Shown in pieces: positions 49,740 through 58,457 of a DNA stretch of 64,000 nt. Below the pieces are notes generated by a model that was not told where the DNA came from, made no database searches, and saw nothing but the letters and a program-made list of their open reading frames with translations. The first letter of the stretch is position 1; the number at the start of each line of letters is the position of its first letter. This stretch comes from Fibrobacteria bacterium (GTDB lineage Bacteria; Fibrobacterota; Fibrobacteria; UBA11236), in contig JBGTHM010000115.1 in NCBI GenBank assembly GCA_041746255.1, positions 64,620 to 128,619 on the forward strand, given 5' to 3'. The translations under genes and the position numbers were made by a program.

Positions 49740-51276
49740 ACCACGTCCGCATTCCCAACCGGAAAGCCTCGAGAACACCGGAAAGGTAGCGCGGGGAGCG
49801 CTGCTCTATTTTACGGGCTTCGGGGGCAAGCTGGCGGGACCCCTTTTCCTGATTATCGCCTCCCGCTTTTATGGACCCGATCAACTGGGAGCTTTTTTCG
49901 GGGCCTGGGCATGTTTACAAGTCGCGATGAAGATCTCATCCGGCGGACTGTGCGAGGGCACGACGCTCTTTGTTCCCCGCCATTTTGAAGAAGGTAGAAG
50001 CGGCATCGTGATTCCCGGCGCAGTGTATGGAGCTCTTTCCACGGCATTTTATGGCGGCATGCTGGTTTCCTTGACCTTCGTGGGTTTGGGATACGCAGGG
50101 CTGGCATACCTGGATGGCTATCACTCAAACTTGCTTTCGCCCGATTTGCGCGCTTCCCTGAGCATATTGCTTCCGATTATCGTATTGGGTTTCCTTGTCC
50201 AATATTCCCTTTCGGCGCTCAAAGGCATTGTCGTATTCAAATACGACGTCTGGATCAACAGCTATGCCAGGGAATTCCTTCCCCTGGCACTGGCGTTGAT
50301 TCTGCTGGCGGGTCCGGAGTGGGGTATGACCCTGGCATGGATTCATCTGGTAACCTATACGGTACTGGCTCTTTCGTCTCTTATCGCAATGTCCCGTCAT
50401 TTCAGTTGGAGAGGAATATTGGTTTGGAAAGGATGGGACAAACGGTTCCTGGCCTTTTGCCTGCCCCTGGGGGCCAACGATTTGCTGCTTTTCCTGGTTC
50501 AGGAGCTCGACATGCTCATGCTCGTCATTCTCGGAGCCGTGGAAGGTTTCGAACTCGCCTTTTACGGCGTGGCGGCGAGTATCGCTTTCGGATTCCGCAT
50601 GTTGCGGCTGAATTTCATGAAAGTATTCCAGCCCTTGGCATCGCGATTGACGGCCCAAGGCGACATGCGGGAGCTGGAGCATGTATTCCATACCACTTGG
50701 CGCTGGAGCCTTTATGCAATCCTGCCTTTCGCGGGAGTTCTGCTCCTGGCTCCGGAGACCCTGCTGGCGATCTACCACCCCGATTACGCCTCCTACGCGT
50801 CCTGCCTGCTGCTCTTGGCCGTAGGTCCGCTGGTGAACGGAATTTTCGGATTGAATACGGCCCTACTGCTGGCTTCCCAAAGAACCGGCCTGCATTTGGC
50901 CAACAATCTGGTCACGGTGGTCGTCAATGCCGGGCTGAACCTTGCCCTGATTCCGAGGTTCGGCGTTTACGGCGCCGCGGCGGCCACCGCCACGTCCATG
51001 GTTTGTGTGCAGGCTCTGACCGCCTTGCAAGTTCGCCGGTTGCGCATGCCGCTCTTTTCCCTGCGTGCGGCGGCAGGTCCCCTGTCGGCCTTTGGCGCGG
51101 CCCTTCTTGTATTCCTGCCAATGCGAATCCACCTCGCGCCCGGGGATTGGGAACAAGGGTTGTCGGCAGCAGGGTTCCTGGTGGTTTTCGCCGTCATAGC
51201 CCGTTATCGAAATGCACCGGAAGCAACTCCGGCTTCGCGACCGGGTCTTGCCATAAAAGAGAGGGTGAGCGAATGA
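49732..51276 (+). CDS. Wzx/MOP-superfamily oligosaccharide flippase
   Basis: Polytopic membrane protein with VARGA...ASRFYGPDQLG, LAFYGVA and LNLALIPRFGVYGAAAAT. The frame is open from 49723; the first ATG is 49927, but flippase-like sequence begins earlier, so CTG 49732 is proposed. Confidence 0.82.
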   Translation: MRKPRPHSQPESLENTGKVARGALLYFTGFGGKLAGPLFLIIASRFYGPDQLGAFFGAWACLQVAMKISSGGLCEGTTLFVPRHFEEGRSGIVIPGAVYGALSTAFYGGMLVSLTFVGLGYAGLAYLDGYHSNLLSPDLRASLSILLPIIVLGFLVQYSLSALKGIVVFKYDVWINSYAREFLPLALALILLAGPEWGMTLAWIHLVTYTVLALSSLIAMSRHFSWRGILVWKGWDKRFLAFCLPLGANDLLLFLVQELDMLMLVILGAVEGFELAFYGVAASIAFGFRMLRLNFMKVFQPLASRLTAQGDMRELEHVFHTTWRWSLYAILPFAGVLLLAPETLLAIYHPDYASYASCLLLLAVGPLVNGIFGLNTALLLASQRTGLHLANNLVTVVVNAGLNLALIPRFGVYGAAAATATSMVCVQALTALQVRRLRMPLFSLRAAAGPLSAFGAALLVFLPMRIHLAPGDWEQGLSAAGFLVVFAVIARYRNAPEATPASRPGLAIKERVSE

Positions 51277-52082
51277 ATCCACGGTTTTCGGTAGTCATGC
51301 CCTATTTCAATGAACGGGAATACATCCTTCATACCCTGGAATCCTGGAAGGGGCAAAACAGGCTTCCGGATCAATTGATCCTGGTCGATAACAGCTCCAC
51401 GGACGGTACCGAAACCCTCTGCCGCGATTACCTGCAGGACTGTCCGCTCTTCGAAATCCTGTATCTTCGCGAGCCCCGGGCCGGCAAGACGCATGCCCTC
51501 GAAAGGGGCTGTCATTTCGCCAAGGGGGAGTTCATCGCTTTCAGCGACGCCGATACGTATTATCCGCCGCATTATCTGGAGCTTTGCGATGCCCTGGCGC
51601 GGGAATCCCCCGCCGACATCGTGGCCTTCATGGCTCAGGCCCTGGAGGCCGGACCGGAGGACCCCGCCGTGCGCAAGCGACTTATGCGCACGGTTTTCTG
51701 GTCAAAGTTACTGACCCGCAAAGCGTTTACCGGAAACGCTGGCCATGTTTTCCGGCGTGCGGCCTTGGAAAAAGCGGGAGGGTTTTCGACCCGGCATTGG
51801 GACCTCATGTATGCGGACCACGAAGTCATGCACCGGATGTTCAAGGTGGGCCGTTCCCTTTACCACAAGGACCTCTGGTGCCTGGCCTCGGAAAGAAGAG
51901 CGGACCGCTCCCATTTGCGCTGGGACCTGTGGGAGCGGATGGTTTACCGGTATACCCCCCATATTCTGGGAGATTGGTATTTCTATTCCTTTCTGAGGGG
52001 GCGATTACTGAAAAAAGGCATGGCCATCACGAATCTGCGGAGACGGGATTGGGAGGAGCGGCAAACGACTGCAAAGACCTGA
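51273..52082 (+). CDS. Family 2 glycosyltransferase
   Basis: SVVMPYFNE, ILVDNSSTDGT, FSDAD and FRRAALEKAGGF. ATGA overlap with the flippase. Confidence 0.9.
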   Translation: MNPRFSVVMPYFNEREYILHTLESWKGQNRLPDQLILVDNSSTDGTETLCRDYLQDCPLFEILYLREPRAGKTHALERGCHFAKGEFIAFSDADTYYPPHYLELCDALARESPADIVAFMAQALEAGPEDPAVRKRLMRTVFWSKLLTRKAFTGNAGHVFRRAALEKAGGFSTRHWDLMYADHEVMHRMFKVGRSLYHKDLWCLASERRADRSHLRWDLWERMVYRYTPHILGDWYFYSFLRGRLLKKGMAITNLRRRDWEERQTTAKT

Positions 52083-52251
52083 AAAAAAAGGATCAGCGCC
52101 CAATCCGAAGCGTAGGCCGCCGTCAAGTAGACTGGCGTTTCTGAGGTGAAGAAGTCGTTTGCGATTGGTATTGCGGGACGCAAACCTACCGTATTGCACC
52201 CAAGATGCTGGTGGAATACGCTTTAGGCTTCCACGCGCTCAAAGGGTAACC

Positions 52252-53124
52252 TCAGCCCCGCACCCCGTTCACATAGGCCGCGGTGATGGCGTCGCGGGGC
52301 GCTTCGAAGATCTGCGCCGTTTCTCCCTGCTCTATCAGGCTTCCGCAACCCTCTCGCATCCAGAACACCATCACCTCGTCGGCGATGCGGCGGGCCTGGG
52401 CCAGGTTATGGGTGACGATGACGACGGTATAGCGCTCCTTGAGGCCGGAAATCATATCTTCCACCACGCCGCCGGCAATCGGATCCAGCGCGCTGCAAGG
52501 CTCGTCCAGCAACAGCACCTCGGGTTTGAGAGACAAGGCGCGGGCGATACACAAGCGTTGCTGCTGCCCGCCGGAGAGATTGAGCGCGGAAGCTCCCAAC
52601 CTGTCCTTCACTTCGTTCCACAGCCCGACGGAGCGCAGCGAGGCTTCGGTGATTTCCTCGATGTCCATCCGTTCCGAAATCCCGTTTTCCTTGAGTGGGA
52701 TTTCGAAATTGCGGCGGATGGAAAAGGGAAATGGATTGGGTTTCTGGAATATCATGCCTACGCGACGGCGCAAGGAAACCACGTCCGTGGAATTGTCCAG
52801 AACGTCGTCGCTCCCTACCCGAATATGGCCGGTAACGCGACAGCCGGAAATGAGATCGGTAAGGCGGTTGAAGCACATGAGATAGCTGGACTTGCCGCAT
52901 CCCGAAGGACCCACCAATGCCGTGATGCGGCCTTTACCCACCATCGCGGACACGGCTTGGAACGCGGGCTTGTCTCCATACCATAGGGAGAGGTTTGTCG
53001 AGCATAAGGCCGACGGGGTATCCGAGGGATGGCCCGCTGACGCGACGGCGTGGCAGGGTGTCTCCAGGAAATCCTCCGGATAAGGACCCCCGTTCCGGTG
53101 GGAAGGGTGGGAATCAGTTATCAT
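52252..53124 (-). CDS. pstB: Phosphate ABC transporter ATP-binding protein
   Basis: GPSGCGKS, GMIFQKPNPF, LSGGQQQRLCIAR, DEPCSALDP and VTHNLAQA. Confidence 0.93.
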   Translation of the reverse strand: MITDSHPSHRNGGPYPEDFLETPCHAVASAGHPSDTPSALCSTNLSLWYGDKPAFQAVSAMVGKGRITALVGPSGCGKSSYLMCFNRLTDLISGCRVTGHIRVGSDDVLDNSTDVVSLRRRVGMIFQKPNPFPFSIRRNFEIPLKENGISERMDIEEITEASLRSVGLWNEVKDRLGASALNLSGGQQQRLCIARALSLKPEVLLLDEPCSALDPIAGGVVEDMISGLKERYTVVIVTHNLAQARRIADEVMVFWMREGCGSLIEQGETAQIFEAPRDAITAAYVNGVRG

Positions 53125-54017
53125 GCGCGTTTCCTTCCGGTGAAGCGTTTTCCCATGGCCATCGCGGTGATGCCGTTGATTATCAACAGCAGACCGACCA
53201 GTACCAGCGCCGAAGCATAAGCGTTGGTATCGCCTCCGGGAACATTCATGGATAGATCGAAGATATGTATTGAAAGCGATCGGCCCGAATCGAACAACGA
53301 GCCGGGCATGCGGTCCACATAGCCGCTGGTGAAGATGAGCGCGGCGGTTTCGGCCAGCGCGCGGCCCACGCCCAAGGCCAACCCCACCGTAATGCCGGGA
53401 AGCGCGAGCGGAAGCAGCACACGGAACAGCATGCCCGCGCGCGACAGCCCGAGGGCGGCGGCTCCCATGCGGAATTCCGACGGAACGGCCCGGAATTCCT
53501 CTTCTACGACGCGTATCAGAATGGGAAGCACCATGCAGGCCAAGGTCAGGCCGCCGGAAAGTATGGAAAAGCCCATGCCGAAAAGTTTGCTGAACAGCGC
53601 GTTGCCGAAAAGCCCGAAAACGATGGAAGGCATGGCGGCCAACACTTCAAGGCTGCGTCGCAACAATTGCGCGAGATTGGACTCTTCGCGCGTGAACCCG
53701 GCGAGATAAGCCGCCGCCGCAACTCCCAGCGGAACGGCCGTCGCCATGCATACCGATAGGATAAGCAAGGTGGAAACCCAGATGGAGCGGATGCCCCCTT
53801 CCCTACCCGCATTGACCGGATCGGCAAGCAGAAATTCCCAGGACAGCCCTCCCAGCCCTTGTCGCAGCAGGTCAAAAAGAATCCATAGGAAAAGGCCGGT
53901 TACGATTACGGCGGAGGCCCGGATTAAAAAACCGGCCAGGACGGACGACACCCTGCCAGATGTGCTCATCATGCGCGGCGGACGCAGGCGCTTCACAACC
54001 GGAATCGACTCAGGCAA
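53121..54017 (-). CDS. pstA: Phosphate ABC transporter permease
   Basis: GREGGI, PSIVFGLFG and GRALAETAAL. Start uncertain (TTG 54017 or ATG 53972). Confidence 0.9.
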   Translation of the reverse strand: MPESIPVVKRLRPPRMMSTSGRVSSVLAGFLIRASAVIVTGLFLWILFDLLRQGLGGLSWEFLLADPVNAGREGGIRSIWVSTLLILSVCMATAVPLGVAAAAYLAGFTREESNLAQLLRRSLEVLAAMPSIVFGLFGNALFSKLFGMGFSILSGGLTLACMVLPILIRVVEEEFRAVPSEFRMGAAALGLSRAGMLFRVLLPLALPGITVGLALGVGRALAETAALIFTSGYVDRMPGSLFDSGRSLSIHIFDLSMNVPGGDTNAYASALVLVGLLLIINGITAMAMGKRFTGRKRA

Positions 54018-54888
54018 AAGCGGGCCCCTTTCCGAAGCGATGGGAGGCGGCCACAAGGGCTATCGTAAGCAACGCCAACAGCAATCCGCCCATGAATAGC
54101 GCGGAGCGGTGGCCGTCCATGGCATAGGCCATTTCCAGGGCGATGTTGGCGGTTAACGTACGGACCGGATCGAAAAATCCCGTGGGAACCTGCACCACAT
54201 TGCCGGCCACCATGAGCACGGCCATGGTTTCACCCAGCGCCCTGCCGGCGCCGAGGATGATTCCAGCGATGATGCCCGGACGCGCGGAGGGAAGCACGAT
54301 GCGCCGGATAAGGCCCCAGCGCGTCATTCCCAACGAGGCGCCTGCCAGAATATGATCCCGGGGAACATTGGCGATACCGGAGTCGGCCAGGAGAGCGATG
54401 GTGGGAAGGATCATCAGCGCCAGAATAAGGATCCCGGCCAGCAGGCTCTGTCCGGGGGGCTGAATGCGACCCAGCAGCGGTACCAGCACCACCAACCCCC
54501 ACAAACCGTAGACCACCGAAGGGATTCCCGCCAGCAATTCGACCAGCCTGCGATAGGCCACGGCCATGGGCGCCGGTGCGTAATAACGGCAGAACAGCGC
54601 GGACAACACGCCCAACGGGGCCGCCAAAATCACGGCGCCCGTTGCGACAAACAAGGTGCCTGCCAGCATGGGCAACAGATTGAAGCGGTCTTGCAGCGGG
54701 TGCCATGAAGGGTCGGTGAAAAAACGGAAAGGGCCGATAGCGGCCAGTATGGGGAGGGATTCCATCGCGATGAAGGCCACGAGCATAAATGCCAGCGAGC
54801 CCGCCAGGACCCCCGCCCCACGCAGAGCCCAGGCCAGCACACGATCAATCCGTGATGGGAAGGAGGTGGAAGTTTTCAAGGAGGTCAT
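54010..54888 (-). CDS. pstC: Phosphate ABC transporter permease
   Basis: ELLAGIPSVVYGLWG, GRALGETMAVLMVAGN and TLTANIA. Confidence 0.92.
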   Translation of the reverse strand: MTSLKTSTSFPSRIDRVLAWALRGAGVLAGSLAFMLVAFIAMESLPILAAIGPFRFFTDPSWHPLQDRFNLLPMLAGTLFVATGAVILAAPLGVLSALFCRYYAPAPMAVAYRRLVELLAGIPSVVYGLWGLVVLVPLLGRIQPPGQSLLAGILILALMILPTIALLADSGIANVPRDHILAGASLGMTRWGLIRRIVLPSARPGIIAGIILGAGRALGETMAVLMVAGNVVQVPTGFFDPVRTLTANIALEMAYAMDGHRSALFMGGLLLALLTIALVAASHRFGKGPAFA

Positions 54889-55675
54889 GCACTTTCTCCG
54901 ATTGGGCGAATTCCAGGAATTCCTTAAGCAAACCCTGGGGCGACGATTTCACCACGAGATTCAAGGTGCGGGAGAGGGGAAAGGAACCGTCGCCGACACC
55001 GGTAAGAGTGGGCACAATACCGTTTAGAGCCAAACTCCTGATGGCCGCCTCACGGCCCATCGCGTATTCCGCCGCGCCGATGGACACATACCCCACCGCT
55101 CCCGGAATTCCCGCCACCGATTTGATACCCTGTTCATTGTCCCCGATAATCACATGGGCCTTCACGTCCGTGGAGGCCAATTTGAAATGGGACAGGAACA
55201 ACTCCAGCGTGGAACGGCCCTCCGCCTTGTTGATAACGGTTATCGGCAGGTCGGGACCGCCAAGTTCGCTCCAATTCGTAACGGCTCCGGAGAACGCGGC
55301 TTTCACCTGCGCGTCCGTCAAATCGCCCGTGGGGTTGTCGCGATGGGTGATGAGGGTAATGCCGTCCCGGGCGAGGGCGTAGGGAATGAGATCGCCTTCA
55401 TTCTCCTTCAAGTCGCGTGAAACCATGCCGATATCGCTCAACCCTTGCCGGCAATCGGCCATGCCGCGCGACGAGCCCCCCGTTTGCACGTCGATGCGCA
55501 CTCCCGGATGCAGCGATTCGAAGCGACGCGCGATTTCCCCGACCACCGGAGCCACCGTGCTGGAGCCGGTAATAACCAATTTCCCGGGTGATTCTCCGTT
55601 ACGCTCTCCCGATTGCGAACAACCCGCGGCCATCGAGAGGATCGCCAGGGTGAATGCCCACTGTAACCTTTTCAT
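54845..55675 (-). CDS. pstS: Phosphate-binding lipoprotein
   Basis: Lipobox AAGC, ITGSSTV, GGSSRG, DIGMVSR and ARDG. AAGGA RBS before ATG 55675. Confidence 0.9.
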   Translation of the reverse strand: MKRLQWAFTLAILSMAAGCSQSGERNGESPGKLVITGSSTVAPVVGEIARRFESLHPGVRIDVQTGGSSRGMADCRQGLSDIGMVSRDLKENEGDLIPYALARDGITLITHRDNPTGDLTDAQVKAAFSGAVTNWSELGGPDLPITVINKAEGRSTLELFLSHFKLASTDVKAHVIIGDNEQGIKSVAGIPGAVGYVSIGAAEYAMGREAAIRSLALNGIVPTLTGVGDGSFPLSRTLNLVVKSSPQGLLKEFLEFAQSEKVHDLLENFHLLPITD

Positions 55676-55702
55676 CGTAGTCCTTTTCATCAATCGCATA
55701 AT

Positions 55703-55724
55703 CATATGTAGATATCTTTATATG
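55703..55724. promoter_or_regulatory. ArsR/SmtB-type operator-like inverted repeat upstream of pstS
   Basis: CATATGTAGATATCTTTATATG matches its own reverse complement at 18 of 22 positions; AT-rich, between the ArsR-family gene and pstS. Confidence 0.65.
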
Positions 55725-55755
55725 TATGACCGAGAAAAATTCCCGTCTATTCGCG

Positions 55756-56127
55756 TCAGCTTCCGCCTGAACGGGTTCCACCGCTACGCAGGGAAATGGA
55801 ACAACAACCGAATTCGATGGTTTCCATGCCTTTCGAGGTTTTCGATAGCACCGACGGATGGATGCGGCTGAAAATGTGCTTACCCTTTCTCTCCTTGAAC
55901 ACCAGCCCCGCGCGCTTCAGAATTTCGAGGTGATGGGAAACGGAAGGTTGGGACAGGCCCAGTTTTTCCACCATTTCCGATACCGATTTTTCCCCGTCCA
56001 CCAGAAGAAGCAAAATGGCGATACGGGTGGGGTCCGCCATGGCTTTGAGCACGCCGGAGCATTCTTTCGAGTCGAGCGTTCCGAGTCCGGGGGTTTTTCT
56101 TGCGAGGGGACTGCGGACTTTTTGCAT
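55756..56127 (-). CDS. ArsR/SmtB family transcriptional regulator with C-terminal vicinal Cys
   Basis: LKAMADPTRIAIL, SQPSVSHHLEILKRAGLV and a FGCC tail. Confidence 0.88.
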   Translation of the reverse strand: MQKVRSPLARKTPGLGTLDSKECSGVLKAMADPTRIAILLLLVDGEKSVSEMVEKLGLSQPSVSHHLEILKRAGLVFKERKGKHIFSRIHPSVLSKTSKGMETIEFGCCSISLRSGGTRSGGS

Positions 56128-56241
56128 CCAGGCTCCGGATTTGGGGGCGAATCGCAGATATCCGCACCCTGACTCTTATCAGGGCGACGCTACCGGCAAG
56201 GGCGTTTTGGTTATATGGGAACGAAATCAGGCCGCTGCCGC

Positions 56242-57564
56242 TCATCGATCCCGGAACCTTTGAAAGTAACTTTTTTCGAACATGGCCAAGGAAAAAACCA
56301 TATCCAAACTCGCGGTTCCCGACCCCACCTCCATCCGGATGCGATCGACTCCGGGCAGGAGGACATGCACCCCCCCATAAGCGCTTTGAAACAAATCTCC
56401 CCCCAGCAAGGCGTCATGATTCCAATTGGCGGCCCAGTCGAGGCCCGCCACCAATTGCAGTCCATAATGAAGATTGATTTTCCACCAGGATAAGGTCCGC
56501 CGTCCCAGCAAATCGAAGCGGTTTTCGAGGGTAAGCAGCACCTCGCTCTTGCCGCTCGAAGTATTGGGCGCAAATCCCCGCAATGAATTTCCGCCCCCCA
56601 GATGGAAGTCATCATAAATGCCGAGGGTCTGGCCCAACTCTCCGGTTCGATAACGGTATAGGAGGGTTGCATGCACGATATCCCGGGAAGCCAATGGCAA
56701 GAACAGTCGGGTATCGGACAGCCATTCCTGGAAATCGGCGGGCCCGCCCAAGGGCCCTCCCGATTGTGTCCACCTCATTTCGTGGTATATGCCCCGGCTG
56801 GGATTGAACAGCACGTCACGCGTGTCCAGTATGAAGCCCGCTCCCAAGCGCGGAACCCAATCGGCCGCGCCGTCCGACAGCAGCAGTTCCGGCCGCGCCT
56901 CGTCCTCTTTGAGATGCCACAGCTCCGCTGCCAAAATCGGTCCGAGCCAGGGTTTCACCCGATAATTCATTTCCAACAACGCCCGGTTGCTGGTTTCACG
57001 GTAATCATCAAAGGCATTGTCGCTGTCGACCCGGATAAAGGCCAGGTCGTATTTGACGGGAAGCGTGTGCAGCCAACGGGAACTCACCAGCAAAAGGATT
57101 TCGTTGGTGCCGCCGAAACGTGCACTTCCCTGCAGGCGTACGGCCTGGCCCAGAAAGTTGAGGGAGGCCAAGGCCGGTCCGGCGCTGAATCCATCCTGGT
57201 CGGTTTTCTTGACCGTTATGAAGGGAATATAGGCGGGCACTTCCTTGAAGTGATAGACAAGCGCGACCGTATGGTCCATGGCTTCGCCCTGCACACTGAT
57301 ATCTGCGAATATATCGAGACCCTGCAGTCGTTTTTTTTCCGATTCCCACTCGAGACAGGAAAAGCGTACTCCTTCGCGATGCGACAGTTCCCGGTTTACC
57401 ACGGCATCACGGGTATGCCGCAAACCCTCGAAACGAACTCCGGTAATGGTTGCGCCATCGTATTCTTGGCAGAGTTTACCGGCCTTGGCTTCTACAAACG
57501 CCAGGAAGAGGATGGATGTCGCCCATGTCAGACGCGTGAGGAGGGACTTTCGATAGTTCGCCAT
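56242..57564 (-). CDS. BamA/TamA (Omp85) family outer-membrane protein with one POTRA domain
   Basis: Signal peptide, ITGVRFEGLRHTRDAVVNREL (POTRA), NFLG, DTRD...PSRG and LGGGNSLRGF. Confidence 0.85.
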   Translation of the reverse strand: MANYRKSLLTRLTWATSILFLAFVEAKAGKLCQEYDGATITGVRFEGLRHTRDAVVNRELSHREGVRFSCLEWESEKKRLQGLDIFADISVQGEAMDHTVALVYHFKEVPAYIPFITVKKTDQDGFSAGPALASLNFLGQAVRLQGSARFGGTNEILLLVSSRWLHTLPVKYDLAFIRVDSDNAFDDYRETSNRALLEMNYRVKPWLGPILAAELWHLKEDEARPELLLSDGAADWVPRLGAGFILDTRDVLFNPSRGIYHEMRWTQSGGPLGGPADFQEWLSDTRLFLPLASRDIVHATLLYRYRTGELGQTLGIYDDFHLGGGNSLRGFAPNTSSGKSEVLLTLENRFDLLGRRTLSWWKINLHYGLQLVAGLDWAANWNHDALLGGDLFQSAYGGVHVLLPGVDRIRMEVGSGTASLDMVFSLAMFEKSYFQRFRDR

Positions 57565-57728
57565 TTTTTTTCGATTAGCCTTTGTCGATTAACCTTACGG
57601 AATTGAAGTGAGGTATAAGTCCTGTTTTTCAGGCTAATGTTACGATATTTTTCCCTGATGCCTTCCCTGTAACACACCACCACCCGAATCGGACAAATTC
57701 ACCACAACCTGAATCGAAAAGGCCCGGA

Positions 57729-58457
57729 ATGGTCGAAAAACCAAAATCGCTACTGCCGCTCGCTCTTGCCGTCGCCCTCCTGACCTTCTGGACGGCCCAT
57801 GCCGAAGCCCGGCCCTGGCAGGAAAACTTCGATGACCTGAATGACTGGAAGCCTTTGACCTTCCCCAAGATCAAGGAGCATAGCGAATATTCCCTTATCC
57901 CCGATAATTCCGGGGGAAGCCTGCTGCGGGCCGAGAGCCGGGCTTCCGCTTCCGGAATCATCCACAAGCGTGAATTCGACGTTACCAAATATCCCATCGT
58001 CACCTGGCGCTGGAAAGTGGACAATGTCTATGAAAATGCCGACGGCGAAACCAAGGCGGGAGACGATTATCCCATCCGGATCTACGTCGTGTTCAAATAC
58101 GACCCCCAGCGGGCAAGCCTATGGGAAAGAGCCAAATACGCCTCGGCCAAATTGATTTATGGAGAATATCCTCCCGAAAGCAGCTTGAATTATGTGTGGG
58201 CCAGCAAGGAAGGAGGGACGAAGCGTTTCCCCAATCCCTACACCGACAAGGCCCACATGATAGTGCTTCGTTCCGGAAAATCCCAGGTGGGTAGCTGGCG
58301 GGAGGAAAGCGTCAACGTGCTGGAAGATTACCGCAAAGCCTTCGGCAAGGAGCCTCCCAAGGAAGCGTCCATCGCCATCATGAACGATTCGGACAACACC
58401 GGAGAGGCCTCGGTTTCGTATGTGGACTTTATCGGCATCCGGGAGCTTGACCAATGA
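57729..58457 (+). CDS. DUF3047 family secreted protein
   Basis: Signal peptide, SASG, WRWKV, GDDYPIRIYVVF, LNYVWA and AIMNDSDNTG. Confidence 0.85.
   Translation: MVEKPKSLLPLALAVALLTFWTAHAEARPWQENFDDLNDWKPLTFPKIKEHSEYSLIPDNSGGSLLRAESRASASGIIHKREFDVTKYPIVTWRWKVDNVYENADGETKAGDDYPIRIYVVFKYDPQRASLWERAKYASAKLIYGEYPPESSLNYVWASKEGGTKRFPNPYTDKAHMIVLRSGKSQVGSWREESVNVLEDYRKAFGKEPPKEASIAIMNDSDNTGEASVSYVDFIGIRELDQ

Noticed and set aside
50319..51272. Long N-terminal extension of the GT2 ORF (likewise 58915-59142, 10161-10382, 45435-45614, 49050-49169, 36477-36650)
   Set aside because: Alternative-frame read-through over the upstream real gene; coupled starts explain the true boundaries.
52083..52251. 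Small ORFs or an ncRNA between the convergent GT2 and pstB genes
   Set aside because: No recognisable motif, RBS or strong structure.
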